Shown here: in pieces, positions 38,430 through 52,015 of the stretch
How positions within the stretch are numbered: the first letter of the stretch is position 1
How the letters are laid out: the number at the start of each line of letters is the position of its first letter
Origin: Chiloscyllium plagiosum
Taxonomy: Eukaryota
NCBI RefSeq assembly: GCF_004010195.1
Contig: NC_057751.1
Coordinates: forward strand, 14,809,561 to 14,873,560
DNA length: 64,000 nucleotides
Reading direction: 5' to 3'
Notes under the pieces: model-generated
What the model was told of the DNA's origin: nothing
Databases searched by the model: none
What the model saw: the letters and a program-made list of their open reading frames with translations, nothing else
Position numbers and translations under genes: made by a program

Positions 38430-41400
38430 AAGGAACACCCTGAGCTGGGTCAGCACTGACTGACGGTGACTGTACAGGAACACCCTGAGCTGGATCTGTA
38501 CCGACTGACACTGACTGTACAGGAACACTCTGAGCTGGGTCAGCACCGACTGACAGTGACTGTACAGGAACACCCTGAGCTGGATCTGAACCAACTGACA
38601 CTGACTGTACAGGAACACCCTGAGCTGGATCAGCACCGACTGACACTGACTGTACAGGAACACTCTGAAATGGATCAGCACCGACTGATAGTGACTGTAC
38701 AGGAACACACTGAGCTGGATCTGTACCGACTTACACTGACTGTACAGGAACACTCTGAGCTGGATCGGTACCGACTTACAGTGACTGTACAGGAACACCC
38801 TGAGCTGGATCGGCACCGACTGACGGTGACTGTACAGGAACACCCTGAGCTGGGTCAGCACTGACTGACAGTGGCTGTACAGGAACACCATGAGCTGAGT
38901 CAGCACTGACTGACAGTGGCTGTACAGGAACACCCTGAGCTGGGCCAGCACTGACCAATGGTGACTGTACAGGAACACCCTGAGCTGGATCTGCACCAAC
39001 TGACACTGACTGTACAGGAACACCGAGCTGGGTCAGCCCTGACTGACACAGACTGTACAGGTACAGCTGAACTGGATCTGCACCGACTGACGGTGACTGT
39101 ATAGGAACACCCTGAGCTGGATCTGCACCGATTGACACTGACCGTACAGGAACATCCTGAGCAGGATCGGCACCGACTGACACTAACTGTACAGGAACAG
39201 CTGAGCTGGATCTGCACCGACTGACGGTGACTGTACAGGAACACTCTGAGCTGTATCGGCACCGACTGACACTGACCGTACTGGAACAGCTGAGCTGGAT
39301 ATGCACCGACTGACGGTGACTGTACAGGAACACTCTGAGCTGTATCTGCACCGACTGACAGTGACTGTACAGGAACACCCTGAGCTGTATCTGCACCGAC
39401 TGACACTGACTGTACAGGAACACCCTGAGCTGGATCTGCACCAGCTGACACTGATTTGTACAGGAACACCCTGAGCTGGGCCAGCAATGACTGACAGTGA
39501 CTGTACAGGAACACCCTGAGCTGGAACTGCACCGACTGACAGTGACTGTACAGGAACACCCTGAGCTGCATTTGCACCGACTGACATTGACTGTACAGTA
39601 ACACCCTGAGCAGGATCGGCACTGACTGTACTGGAACAGCTAAGCTGGATCTGCACTGACTGACAGTGGCTGTACAGGAACACCCTGAGCTGGATCGGCA
39701 CCGACTGACACTGACTGTACTGGAACAGCTGAGCTGGATATGCACCGACTGACGGTGACTGTACAGAAACACACTGAGCTGGATATGCACCAACTGACAC
39801 TGACTGTACTGGAACAGCTGAGCTGGATATGCACCGACTGACGGTGACTGTACAGGAACACCCTGAGCTGGGTCAGCCCTGACACTGTACAGGAACACCC
39901 TGAGCTGGATCTTCACTGACAGTGACTGTACAGGAACACCCTGAGCTGGATCAGTACCGACTGACAGTGACTGTACAGGAACACCCTGAGCTGGATCAGT
40001 ACCGACTGACAGTGACTGTACAGGAACACCCTGAGCTGGATCTGCACTGACTGACAGTGACTGTACAGGAACACCCTGAGCTGGATCTGCACCGACTGAC
40101 AGTGANNNNNNNNNNNNNNNNNNNNNNNNNNNNNNNNNNNNNNNNNNNNNNNNNNNNNNNNNNNNNNNNNNNNNNNNNNNNNNNNNNNNNNNNNNNNNNN
40201 NNNNNNNNNNNNNNNNNNNNNNNNNNNNNNNNNNNNNNNNNNNNNNNNNNNNNNNNNNNNNNNNNNNNNNNNNNNNNNNNNNNNNNNNNNNNNNNNNNNN
40301 NNNNNNNNNNNNNNNNNNNNNNNNNNNNNNNNNNNNNNNNNNNNNNNNNNNNNNNNNNNNNNNNNTGACTGTACAGGAACACCCTGAGCAGGAGCGGCAC
40401 TGTCTGACAGTGACTGTACTGGAACAGCTGAGCTGGATCTGCACCGACTGACAGTGACTGTACAGGAACACCCTGAGCTGGATCTGTACCGACTGGCACT
40501 GACTGTACAGGAACACTCTGAAATGGATCAGCACCGACTGATAGTGACTGTACAGGAACACTCTGAGCTGCATCAGCACCGACTAACACTGACTATACAG
40601 GAACACCCTGAGCTGGATCGGCACCGACTGACGGTGACTGTACAGGAACACCCTGAGCTGGATCAGCACCGACTGACAGTGACTGTACAGGAACACCCTG
40701 AGCAGGGTCAGCCCTGACTGACACTGACTGTACAGGAACACCCTGAGCTGGATCGGCACCGACTGACAGTGACTGTACAGGAACATCCTGAGCTGGAACT
40801 GCACCAACTGACACTGACTGTACAGGAACACCCTGAGCAGGAGCGGCACTGTCTGACAGTGACTGTACTGGAACAGCTGAGCTGGATCTGCACCGACCGA
40901 CGGCGATTGTACAGGAACACCCTGAGCTGGATCTGCACCGACTATACTGGAACAGCTGAGCTGGATATGCACCGACTGACGGTGACTGTACAGGAACACC
41001 CTGAGCTGGATCTGCACCAACTGACAGTGACTGGACAGGAACACCCTGAGCTGGATCGGCACCGACTGACAGTGACTGTACAGGAACACCCTGAGCTGGA
41101 TCTGCACCGACTGACGGTGACTGTACGGGAACACCCTGAGCTGGGTCAGCACTGACTGGACAGGAACACCCTGAGCTGGATCTGCACCGACTGACACTTA
41201 CTGTACAGGAACACCCTGAGCTGGGCCAGCAATGACTGACAGTGACTGTACAGGAACACCCTGAGCTGGGTCAGCCCTGACACTGACTGTACAGGAACAC
41301 CCTGAGCTGGATCTGCACCGACTGACGGTGACTGTACAGGAACACCCTGAGCTGGGTCAGCACTGACTGACACTGACTGTACAGGAACACCCTGAGCTGG

Positions 41401-42378
41401 ATCTGCACCAACTGACACTGACTGTACAGGAACACCCTGAGCTGGATCGGCACCGACTGACACAGACCGTTCTGGAACAGCTGAGCTGGATCTGTACCGA
41501 CTGACTGTGACTGTACAGGAACACCCTGAGCTGGATCTGCACCGACTGACGGTTATTGTACAGGAACACCCTGAGCTGGATCGGCACCGACTGACAGTGA
41601 CTGTACAGGAACACCCTGAGCTGGATCGGCAACGACTGACAGTGACTGTACAGGAACACCCTGAGCTGCATCTGCACCAACTGACACTGACTGTACAGGA
41701 ACACCCTGAGCTGGATCAGCACCGACTGATAGTGACTGTACAGGAACATCCTGAGCTGTATCTGCACCGACTGACACTGACTGTACAGGAACACCCTGAG
41801 CTGGATCTGCACCAACTGACACTGACTGTACAGGAACACCCTGAGCTGGGCCAGCAATGACTGACAGTGACTGTACAGGAACACCCTGAGCTGGGCCAGC
41901 CCTGACATTGACTGTACAGGAACACCCTGAGCTGGAACTGCACCGACTGACACTGACTGTACAGGAACACCCTGAGCTGGAACTGCACCGACTGACACTG
42001 ACTGTACAGTAACACCCTGAGCTGCATTTGCACCAACTGACACTGACTGTACAGGAACACCCTGAGCTGGATCTGCACCAACTGACACTGACTGTACAGG
42101 AACACCCTGAGATGGATCAGCACTGATTGACACTGACCGTACAGGAACACCCTGAGCTGGATATGCACTGACTGACGGTGACTGTACAGGAACACCCTGA
42201 GCTGGATATGCACTGACTGTACAGGAACACACTGAGCAGGGTCAGCACCGACTGACAGTGACTGTACAGGAACACCCTAAGCAGGGTCAGCACTGACTGA
42301 CAGTGACTCTACAGGAACACTCTGAAGCGTGTACTATATCTGCACCGGCTGACGGTTACTGTACAGGAACACCCTGAG
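38430..42378. repeat. 45-bp minisatellite (VNTR), ~80+ units, in GPAT4 intron 10
   Basis: Unit gactgtacaggaacaccctgagctggatctgcaccgactgacagt; includes the gap at 40106-40365. Confidence 0.97.
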
Positions 42379-42431
42379 GCCTGTACTGTATCTGCAGTGA
42401 TTGAAATACTGAGTTGGTTTGTGTCTTACAG

Positions 42432-42511
42432 GAAGATGAAGATGCGGTGCACTTTGCAAACCGAGTGAAAGCTGCGATCGCCCGACAAGGTGGTCTTGTC
42501 GATTTATTGTG
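42432..42511 (+). CDS. GPAT4: GPAT4 coding exon 11 (EDEDAVHFANRVKAAIARQGGLVDLL)
   Basis: cttacag| acceptor, |gtaagt donor; 80 nt. Confidence 0.97.
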
Positions 42512-42985
42512 GTAAGTCCGACCCTTCTGGTTGTCCCCTGATTCTGAAAGCACAAACAATGGTCTTGCTACTGTCCCTCTTGAAAGAGAGCAAGCCATTT
42601 ATAAGTCTCTGTTATGAAATGGAATTGTTCTGCTTGATGGTCTGAGTAACCCCAATGAATTATGTCCTAGACTACCCCAGATGAGGAAGCATCATCTCTG
42701 CACATCTCCTGAGTCAATCCCCTTCAGTGTCTTGTGTCCCTCAAAGGGATCTCCTCTCACTGCACACACTAAGCCCAGTCTGCTATGTCTCAGTAAGACA
42801 AGGTTTGGACTTTGGAAGTTAGCTAGTGAACGCTGTGTGTCTCCCCGATGCAGTTTGGCAAATGCCTCAAAACAATAGAAGCAACACTCTCCTTCGCCGA
42901 GCGAGAGATGTTGGCGTCCTTGCTGCTGGTGTGGGGGAGCAACGGCTGACCTCTCGCTTTTAACCGCTGCCTCTCTGCCTTTCAG

Positions 42986-43094
42986 GGACGGTGGCTTGAA
43001 GAGGCAGAAGGTCAAGGACACCTACAAAGAGGAGCAGCAGAAACTCTACAGTAAGATGATCGTGGGTAACCACAAGGACAGAAGCCGGTCATGA
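42986..43094 (+). CDS. GPAT4: GPAT4 last coding exon (DGGLKRQKVKDTYKEEQQKLYSKMIVGNHKDRSRS*)
   Basis: tttcag| acceptor; 109 nt to TGA; the C-terminal GNHKDRSRS matches GPAT4 rather than GPAT3. Confidence 0.97.
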
Positions 43095-43224
43095 ACTCTC
43101 CCTGTGGGACTCACCGTGCCCACCAGGAGGTGGGCACGCAGAAGGGCACAGCTTCAGTCCTCTCTCTGGCCTATCATGAACCAAAGGGCAACGAATTGTC
43201 CCAAAGTAGCTTTTATTTTATTTT

Positions 43225-43250
43225 TCTCTCTCTCTCTCTCTCTCTCTCTA
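43225..43250. repeat. (CT)n microsatellite in the presumed GPAT4 3' UTR
   Basis: Direct reading. Confidence 0.85.
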
Positions 43251-44072
43251 CTCTCTCGCGCCAACGAATACTACAAAGTCGGCCACACGGGCGAGACGTC
43301 TGCCAAAGGCTCTGAGCAGCTGCCACCTGAGAGCGTCAAAGGGGAACCAGCGAATGTGCCCGCCGTTAGTTCGAAGAAAGAACGAGGTGGGAGCGATCAC
43401 AGGGGGAATGGTGTGGGAAATCCCCAGTCTCCTTCCAGCCCCAAAGGAGCCACTTGGTCGTACCCTGTGAGATTTAGCTCACAGGGTCCCAGCCGTTTCA
43501 GTTAGGAAAGGGGCTCGAACCACGGTGAGAGGCTGAGGCGTGAAACTTTTGGAACTCAGAAATAACTCGGAAGAGGGCAGGGTGCATTTGTCAGAGACTC
43601 TCCGATGCATGTCCAAATGTGTCTTCATTGTATATTGCCCCCCTTTGTTTTTCAGACGTGTCCTTGCATGCTTTGTTTTATTTTTAAAATTTACGTTGAC
43701 TAACTGTTTGATTTTAACCAGGAGAGCAGCAGCACTGCCACAGACAGTGGACGGAAAGGGTGGCCATTTCTTTGTCCTCAGCGTGCTCTGTCTGAGGTGA
43801 GCTGTCAGGTGTGAGTGTCCCCTGCACACACCCACCAGTTCAGGTCCTCCCAGGGGCGTCGCTCTGTCGCAAAGCCGACTCTGGAGGACATCGGTAACCG
43901 AGTTCATTTCAGGATTAAAGGAACCTTACTCGTTTGACAAAAACGGTCTTGCCTGCATCCAAGTGACCGCTGTTGTGGAACAGTTTGCAATCTCGACTTG
44001 TATTCGGTGTGTTGTCAAATCACTTGTCTGAACCACATGGAGTGGTCTCAGAGGGGGGGGGGGGTTGACTGG

Positions 44073-44078
44073 AATAAA
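44073..44078 (+). terminator. Candidate GPAT4 polyadenylation signal AATAAA
   Basis: AATAAA ~1 kb after the stop, followed by GT-rich sequence; a weaker ATTAAA lies near 43914. Confidence 0.5.
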
Positions 44079-46234
44079 TCACTTGTGGGTTTATAAATGT
44101 TTCAGAGTGACCGTGGTTGTCTAGCGTCGCTCGGCAGGTATGAGCCAGCACAGGCTGGGGAGCAGAGTGAGTGTTCAGACACAATTGGGAAGGGAGGCTA
44201 CTGGGCACCAGCAGTTGGCAGAGACTGTGCACAATTATGTTTCAGAATCTCTACGGTGTGGAAACAGGCCATTCGGTCCATCTTGTACTGACTGCAGAGT
44301 ACAAGCATAGCAGGAAATGACCAGGCAAAAAGGGTGGAAGTTTTGATCACTGCAGAGGAAGGTCTGTTTCTGTGCTGTTGATCTCTGGAACGAAAAGGCT
44401 TTCAAAGCCCTTGGATCTGATGGTTTATGAGTATGAGCAGAAATGGCGACGTGAGTAAGTGGACAGAGATTGACTGCATGAGTAACCATCTTCCGAAACT
44501 CCCTGGATTCTGATACGACACTCCCTCTGTTCAAGAAAGCAGGAGATGATAAGCCATGGGAAAACAGTAGAATTGATTTGAGGAGGGAGTGGTAGGCCGT
44601 TTAGTCATGAAACTTCTCAATTCTGAAAGTGTAACAAGCAGGAGGGACAGAAGATGGAAAGTATTTGGATTGCCAAAAGGCTCAGGTGCCATCACTAAAA
44701 TAAGAGTTTCTGATCTACAGGGGGGAAGAGAGAATTGGTGAACAAACTAAAACAGCATAAAAGGGGTCATGGGTTGTGTTGAGCACATGGTCAACAAGGT
44801 GACTGCTGGGGACAGAATGACGTGAAATCGAGCTGAGCTCGAATGGAACGAAATTTCCTCAAAATATTTAAGCTGAGGAGAAAAGCCAGTTCTGTGGATG
44901 GTGCAAAGCCTCGACCAAAGTTCAAATAAAACCTGACGGCAGAAGAACGGGTGGCTGGAGAATGATGTGAGAATTAGGAGGGTCACTGGGACACAGGAAG
45001 GTTCAAAAGCAAGGTGGGGTGGTTACATGGCCAACACAGGATGGTGCTTCACTCGATCGAGAATAGAGAGCCTTGCTGAACCTACTCCTGAGATGCTGCA
45101 CGGTACTTGGAGATTCAGAATGATTCCTAATTAGACCAGTGAGAGAGAGAGAGATGTCACACCGGACAGTATGTCCCCAAGGAATGAAAAGCCCCTTCCC
45201 AGTTGTTGCAGTGGGTGAGATGGTCAATGACACTCTGTGTGATTGAGAGAGTAGGAGGATTCCTCTGTCAGTGAGGGTTGTCAATGCACCAAGACTGAAG
45301 ACGGTCTTGCAAACTGATTTAATCGTCAGATTAATTCTGGTCGTTTGAAAAAAAAAATGAATTTGGAAAATGCACAGCCCGGATTTGAACTGGTGCCTCT
45401 CAGCACGTACTCTTCCAAGCACATCACTTTTACCATGTGTGTTCACTTGGAAGCTGGGAGGTTTGGTGATGTCTTTGAACTGATATACCCATCTGTTGTG
45501 CTACTCAATGAAATGTTAAGTTTACGACCTGAAGCTTTGTAAGTGTGAAAGTCCTGGTGGTGCTGAGGAAAAGCAATGGGCTTATAAAGGCAGAGAGTTT
45601 GGGTTCAAATCCCACCTGGCCCACAACGTGATTTATATTTTTTGGCAAGTTTTTCTCTTGTTAAGAGCAGTAAAACCTGGCAGCCTCTGGTGGCCCTCCC
45701 TACAGTTATCATGGAGTTTACATTTGATCTTACTCAGCACTCAGTTCACTACCACTCCAAATTAAACTAGAGCTAACCTTTCCTCTCGTAGGCTATATCT
45801 AAGACCCTGCCTGGGACTTGAACTCAGTACCTTTCAGATCTCATCCAAGCCCTCAAACTGCATGCCACCAGACACATGCCTGAAAAGGTGAGCTTTTGGG
45901 AAATCCTTATATGTTAAGTATCTCTCATCCAAAAAATTTCCAGTCATCCAGCTGCCAAGATCAATTCTTGGTTGTGAAGATTTGATTTCTGAATCCTAAG
46001 TTCTATTTCATGTTTGTCCCTGCTTCATGATCCCCCCTGAAATACACCACCTTCCACTTTTACTGATAAAATAGTGATTGTGCAGTCTGATGAAGTTAAC
46101 CAGTCACTTATCACGGGGTCAGATCCTTCAGCACATCTTCCTCAATCAGGCAGCAGATGGGAATATCAGCTCCTGCAGGTTCCCTCTCTGAACCATTCGC
46201 CACCCTGACCTGAAACTGGCATGAGATCAAAATC

Positions 46235-49200
46235 ACAGAGTCAGACGGCACAGAAACAGATCCTTTCGTTCAAAAAGTCAACGCCGACCATATCTCAAGC
46301 TCAACCTGTCCCACCTGCCTCCAAGTGTTCCTTTTCATGTACTCAGCAAATTTTAAACATTATAAATGCCCCCGCATCCACCACTTCCTCTGAAAGTTCA
46401 TTCCACACACTAACCAACCACTGGATGCAAAATAAACAGCCCTTCCTGACTTTTGCAAATCTTTCTCCTTATCTTAAAAATACACCACCTTGTTTTGAAA
46501 CCTCTACCCCGAGAGACAAGACAGCTTATCTGCACACCTCATGATTTGATAAACCTCTGTAAATCTCAGCTTCTGACATTCCAAAGAGCTCCAGCTCAAA
46601 CCCTCCATTGCTGGCAGCAGCGTGGGAAGTCTCGGCCGAGCCCTCTCCCATTTAATAAGCAGGGTGACCAGAACTGCACACAGAGGCCTCAGCAGTGAAG
46701 GCAAGTGTGCTAAACACCTTAACCATCCTCTCTTGCACCATATGTGGTGCTAATTTCCAAGAATTATGTCGGTGAACTCTGAGGTCTCTCTTTATAGAAG
46801 TTGTTTGTTTTTGCAAAAATGCAACACCTCTCAGTTAGCCAAATTAAACTCCATCTGCCACTCCTCAGCCCATTGGTCCAACTGATCAAGATCCCTTTGT
46901 AATCAGAGGTAACCCCCTTCAACATCCACTAAGCCTCTGATCTTCGTGCCATCTGCAAACTTAGTAACCACGCCTCCAAGATTCTCATCCGAACCGTTTA
47001 TATAAATGACAAACAAAGGTAGACCCAGTACCGATCCCTGTGGAACACCACTGGTCACGAGACTCAATCCAAAAAGAACAACCCTCTGTCTCCCACCATA
47101 AAGTCAATTTTGTATCCAATTAGCAAGCTCACCCTGAAACCCAACTTTACTCTACCACATGGAACCTCATCAAAGGTTCCATGTGCTCTACCTTCAATCT
47201 TACGTTCTCAAAAACCTGAAAATCATATCGTAAGACCTGATTTCCAGGCACAAAGCCATGCTGACTGACCCTGATCCTTCCTTGCCTCTCCAAATACATG
47301 TAAATCTTTCAAGAATTACCTCCAACAACTTACCCACCACCGAAGTTCGACTCAGAGATCCACTGTTCCCAGGCTTCCCCTTCTAGCCTTCCTGAAAGTG
47401 GACAGGCAAAAGGCTGGAAGAACACAGCAAGCCAGGCAGCATCAGGAGGTGGGGATGTCGACGTTTAAGGTGGAAGCCTTCTTCAGGACTGGGGTTGGGT
47501 GTAGGGGGAGCTGCAGATAAATGGGGTGGTGGGGGCAGGATGGTGAAGTGGGGAGAGGTGAAGACAGGCAGAGGGTATGAACTAGTTGGTCAATGGGAGG
47601 AATGAATGTGGTTGGTGGCAGGGAGGAGGAGGGTCAGGTCAGAGGGTCAGGGGCTGGGAAGGGAGGTTATTTGAATTTGCAGAAGTCAATGTTCAGTCCT
47701 CCGGGCTGTGGGCTGCACAGGCTGAGGATGAGGTGTTGTTCCTCCAATTTGTGGTTTGGTTCATTCTGGCAGTGGAGGAGGCCAAGGATGGTCACGTCAG
47801 AAAGGGAGCGGGAAGGGGAATTAAAATGGGCAGTGACTGGGAGGGTGGTCATGGAGAGGGAGTGGGAAGGGGAATTAAAATGGGCAGTGACTGGGAGGAT
47901 GGTCATGGAGAGGGAGNNNNNNNNNNNNNNNNNNNNNNNNNNNNNNNNNNNNNNNNNNNNNNNNNNNNNNNNNNNNNNNNNNNNNNNNNNNNNNNNNNNN
48001 NNNNNNNNNNNNNNNNNNNNNNNNNNNNNNNNNNNNNNNNNNNNNNNNNNNNNNNNNNNNNNNNNNNNNNNNNNNNNNNNNNNNNNNNNNNNNNNNNNNN
48101 NNNNNNNNNNNNNNNNNNNNNNNNNNNNNNNNNNNNNNNNNNNNNNNNNNNNNNNNNNNNNNNNNNNNNNNNNNNNNNNNNNNNNNNNNNNNNNNNNNNN
48201 NNNNNNNNNNNNNNNNNNNNNNNNNNNNNNNNNNNNNNNNNNNNNNNNNNNNNNNNNNNNNNNNNNNNNNNNNNNNNNNNNNNNNNNNNNNNNNNNNNNN
48301 NNNNNNNNNNNNNNNNNNNNNNNNNNNNNNNNNNNNNNNNNNNNNNNNNNNNNNNNNNNNNNNNNNNNNNNNNNNNNNNNNNNTGGAGAGGGAGCGGGAA
48401 GGGGAATTGAAATGGGTGGGGACTGGGAGGTCCAGGTAGCTCCTGCAGGCCTAGCTGAGATACTCGGTGAACCGTTCCTTAAGTTTATGCTTGGTCTCCC
48501 CGATATAGAGAAGGCTGCATAGGGAGCACCTGATGCAGTAAACTAGGTTGGAGGAGAGGCAGGTGAACCTCTGTCTCACCTGGAAGGACTGGTTGGGGCC
48601 CTGGGTGGAGGTGAGGGGACGTGGGGTGTACCAGCAGGTTTTGCATCTTTTCTGGTTGTAGGGGAACTTGGGGGAATGGGTGGGGAGAATGGCGCAAACC
48701 AAGGATTGTTGAAGGGAATGGCTTTTTGCGGAAGGCAGAGAGGAGGGGAAGATGTTCTTCAGCTAGTTGGAGATGGTGGACCTGTTTGAGGATGATGCGT
48801 TGGATGGTGGGAGTGGTGTGATGGTAAGTGAGGACAAGGGGGACTGTCTTCATTGCGTTTGGAGGCAGGGGGGTTAGAGCAGTGGAATGGGCAATGGAGG
48901 GCTGTCTGCATGATGGGGAGAGGAAAAGCAAATTGTTCCAAATAGGTGGACATCTGGGATGCTCGCCAATGGAATGTCTCCTCATCCGAGCAGATGAGGC
49001 AGAGGAATTGGGAGAACGGGATGGAGTTCTCCCAGGAGGGTGGGCGGAGGTTGAGTCCACGTCGTTGTGAGAATCTGTGTGTTTATCGTAAAAGTCCCTC
49101 TGGAGACAGAAATGGTGAGGTCCAGAAAGGAGAGGGAGGTGTCCGAGATGGACCGAGGGAATTTGCAGGGCGGGGTGGAAGCTGTGGGTGAAGCCGATGA

Positions 49201-49960
49201 ACTGCTCCAGTTCAGCCTGTGGTGCAGGATGCTGCACTGATGCACTCATTGATGTAACGGCAGAAGAGTTGAGTCGCAGTGCCTGTGTTCGACATCGAGG
49301 CAGGCGTAGCTCGGGCCCATCTGGGTGCCCATGGCCACCCCCTGAATTTGGAGGGAATGGGAGGAGTTATTAAGGGTGCGGACTATTCGGCGAGGCAGTG
49401 GAAGGGGACCGGATGGGTGTGTTGGAGTGGAAGAAGCAGAGGGCCTGGAGGCCATCCTTGTGGGGTAGGGCTGTGTATAAGGACTGCACATCCAGAGTGA
49501 AGAGAAAGTGCTGGGGGGGGATCTGGGAGTTACCACTGGGTTGCACCCTTGACCTGCCTTCACCGATTCACCACCCTATCCCCACCACATCCTTCACCTG
49601 CAGCTCCCCCTTCACCGACCCCCAGTCCTGAAGAAGGGTTAATACCCAAAATGTAGCCTTCCCCACCTCCTGATGCTGCCTGGCTTGCTGTCTTCTCCTC
49701 ACCTGCTTGCCCGCCTTGGATTCAGCATCTGCAGTGGGTTTTTTTTTTGTCTCTTCCTTTAACATGACCCACGGTCCAGTGTTTCTGCCACCGGACACAA
49801 ACATATCTGCTCAGGGTCCCTGCAATTTCTTCCCCAACTTCCCACAGCACCCCCACTTGATCAGGTCTCGGAGACTTTTTCACCTTTGTCTTTTCGAAAA
49901 CTTCCGGCACCTCCTCTCCCGTAAAGTGAACTGCTTTCAAAACATCAACATGCATTTCCC
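46235..49960 (-). mobile_element. Degenerate CR1 LINE interrupted by a Penelope-like element
   Basis: 46235-47395 and 49755-49960 are collinear with the CR1 at 60625-63300. Confidence 0.75.
47403..49752 (-). mobile_element. Decayed Penelope-like retroelement (RT + GIY-YIG endonuclease) with inverted terminal repeats
   Basis: RT motifs GVAMGTQMGPSYACL, LEQFIGFTHSFHPAL, LSFLDLTIS; endonuclease RCKTC..FTCLSSNLVYCIRCSLCSLLYIGETK..ERFTE and KLEEQHLI; 47410-47550 is an inverted copy of ~49560-49705. Confidence 0.9.
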
Positions 49961-51389
49961 CTGGCGTTGTCCAGCCGGTCATTCATGGCCAGCCCTCTCG
50001 GCTCATTCCCGTATGCACCGTGACCCTTATTGGACGTGATCACCTTTGATGAAGCCCTTGGTTGAATGCCTTCTGATTATTTAAGGCGAGCACATCATCA
50101 TAAGCTCCCCTTTGTCCACAGCACACATTACCTGCTCAAAGACCTCCAACGGGACTCAATCAAGCGTGACTTCGCTTTCACAAAACCATGTCGACTGCCT
50201 GATCACATTCTAATTTCCTGCCAAGAATAGGGAGTCGCACTTGCCACATGATGGACACTGAGCTTAGTGCTTTCTGACCCCTTTCTGCTCTTGAATAGCA
50301 GTCACATTGACTGTTTTCCACTCTGATGGGACCTTGCCAGAATCTAGTCCTGAAGACGCAGTCGGTCTCTATACAGGTCGAAAGAGCCAGCCACTCATGT
50401 TTTTCCACAAGCATTCTTTCCCCGCAAGACACATTCACTCACACATCGACTCATCTCAGCTGTCTGCACCTCCATTTATTCACTCATACGTACAAGTGAA
50501 CACTCAATCAAACACTCAGCAACACCTCATTTGCAGCTCTCCAGTCATAGACTGGATGAAATAAGCACGGCCCAGTCTCTTTCTGGGGAATGAGGTGAAG
50601 GTCGGGTCCTGGATCACAGGAATGGAGCTGGTCTGAGAATCACAGGTTCAGGCCCCACGTTGGCTCATGTTGATGGCACGTCTTGGGTGGGGGCAGTGCA
50701 GAGGTCTGGGTTCAGGCCCTCCAGGTCAAGACCACGCAAGGCATGTTCACGACCCGGCTGAGCCTGGGAATCTTCCTAGCATTACCCCACGGAAAGGTGT
50801 GGGAATCAGAAATAATTTTTTTTTTAGAAAGGGGCCTGTTCCCTGCTGGGAAACACAGGCATTCTGTCATGAATGGAGTTAAAAAAATCTATTTTAAGGC
50901 ACATCATGGCTACTTTGAAGATACATTAAATCATCACACGAACTGGACTGAGCTGTAGCCCTCGCGACGTTTCTCAGAGGTCAACATCAGTCAGTCAATG
51001 CTCCTCATGAGACTGGAATACGAAGTATTGTGTTTTGAGCTGCGATAGAAGCCATGACAGAAAACCCAGTGCACCAAAACTGCTGGTGGCAGCAACCTTA
51101 AGAGACCATGCGTAAATCGCTTACCCTCTGCCATGGCCAAACTGACTCAATGGTAACTCATCTCCAGGAGTCTGAGTCTCACGCCCCAAAACTGAACCCA
51201 ATTTTCAGCTCCAGCTACAGACAGTACTCAATTTCTGAATGCACAACTTCGAAACAAGATCCCGTTTTAAAATCAAAGAGCTAGCGTGAATGTTCATTCA
51301 TACTTACAACCAGTCATTTTATACTCTATGGTGTTCCGACTAGTGTGCATATGTACTCAGGAGTGGGACCGATGCATAACTTGTGCCTC

Positions 51390-52015
51390 TCGTGGGTGTA
51401 GTGGACAGCGAAGAGGGTTGCCTCAGATTACAACAGGATCTGGACCAGATGGGCCAATGGGCTGAGGAGTGGCAGATGGAGTTTAATTCAGATCAATGCG
51501 AGGTGCTGCATTTTGGGAAAACAAATCTTAGCAGGATTTATACACTTAATGGTAAGGTCCTGTGGAGTGTTGCAGAACAAAGAGAACTTGGAATGCAGTT
51601 CTGTAGTTTGTTGAGAGTAGAGTCGTAGATAGATAGATAGATAGTGAAGGCGGCATTTGGTACGCTTTACTTTATTGGTCAGAGTATTGAGTACAGGAGT
51701 TGGAAGGTCATGTCGTGGCTGTACAGGACATTCCTTGGGCCACTGTTGGAATACTGCGTGCAATTCTGGTCTCCAAAAAATGTTGCGAAACTTGAAAGGG
51801 TTCAGGAAAGATCGACACGGATGTTGCCAGAGTTGGAGGATTTGAGCTGCAGGGAGAGGTTGAATAGGTTAAGAGGCATTTGGATGGGTATATGAATAGG
51901 AAGGGTTTGGAGGGATATGGGCCGGGTGCTGGCAGGTGGGACTAGATTGGGTTGGGATACCTGGTCGGCATGGACGGGTTGGACCGAAGGGTCTGTGCAG
52001 TACATCTCTCTGACT
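51390..52015 (+). mobile_element. CR1/HER1 3' portion with an internal deletion near 51868
   Basis: LQQDLDQMGQWAEEWQMEFNSDQCEVLHFG, LEYCVQFWSP motifs, young 3' UTR. Confidence 0.88.

Noticed and set aside
38250..42232. Long ORFs with 15-aa periodicity (TVQEHPELDLHRLTV, QLRVFLYSHCQSV)
   Set aside because: By-product of a 45-bp unit (a multiple of 3) that is open in several frames on both strands; intronic and broken by indel units
38430..42378. CRISPR-like regular repeat
   Set aside because: Units are contiguous with no unique spacers, there are no cas genes, and the context is a eukaryotic intron
304..43094. GPAT3 (AGPAT9) as an alternative identity
   Set aside because: The N-terminal LLPFDSL and C-terminal GNHKDRSRS match GPAT4
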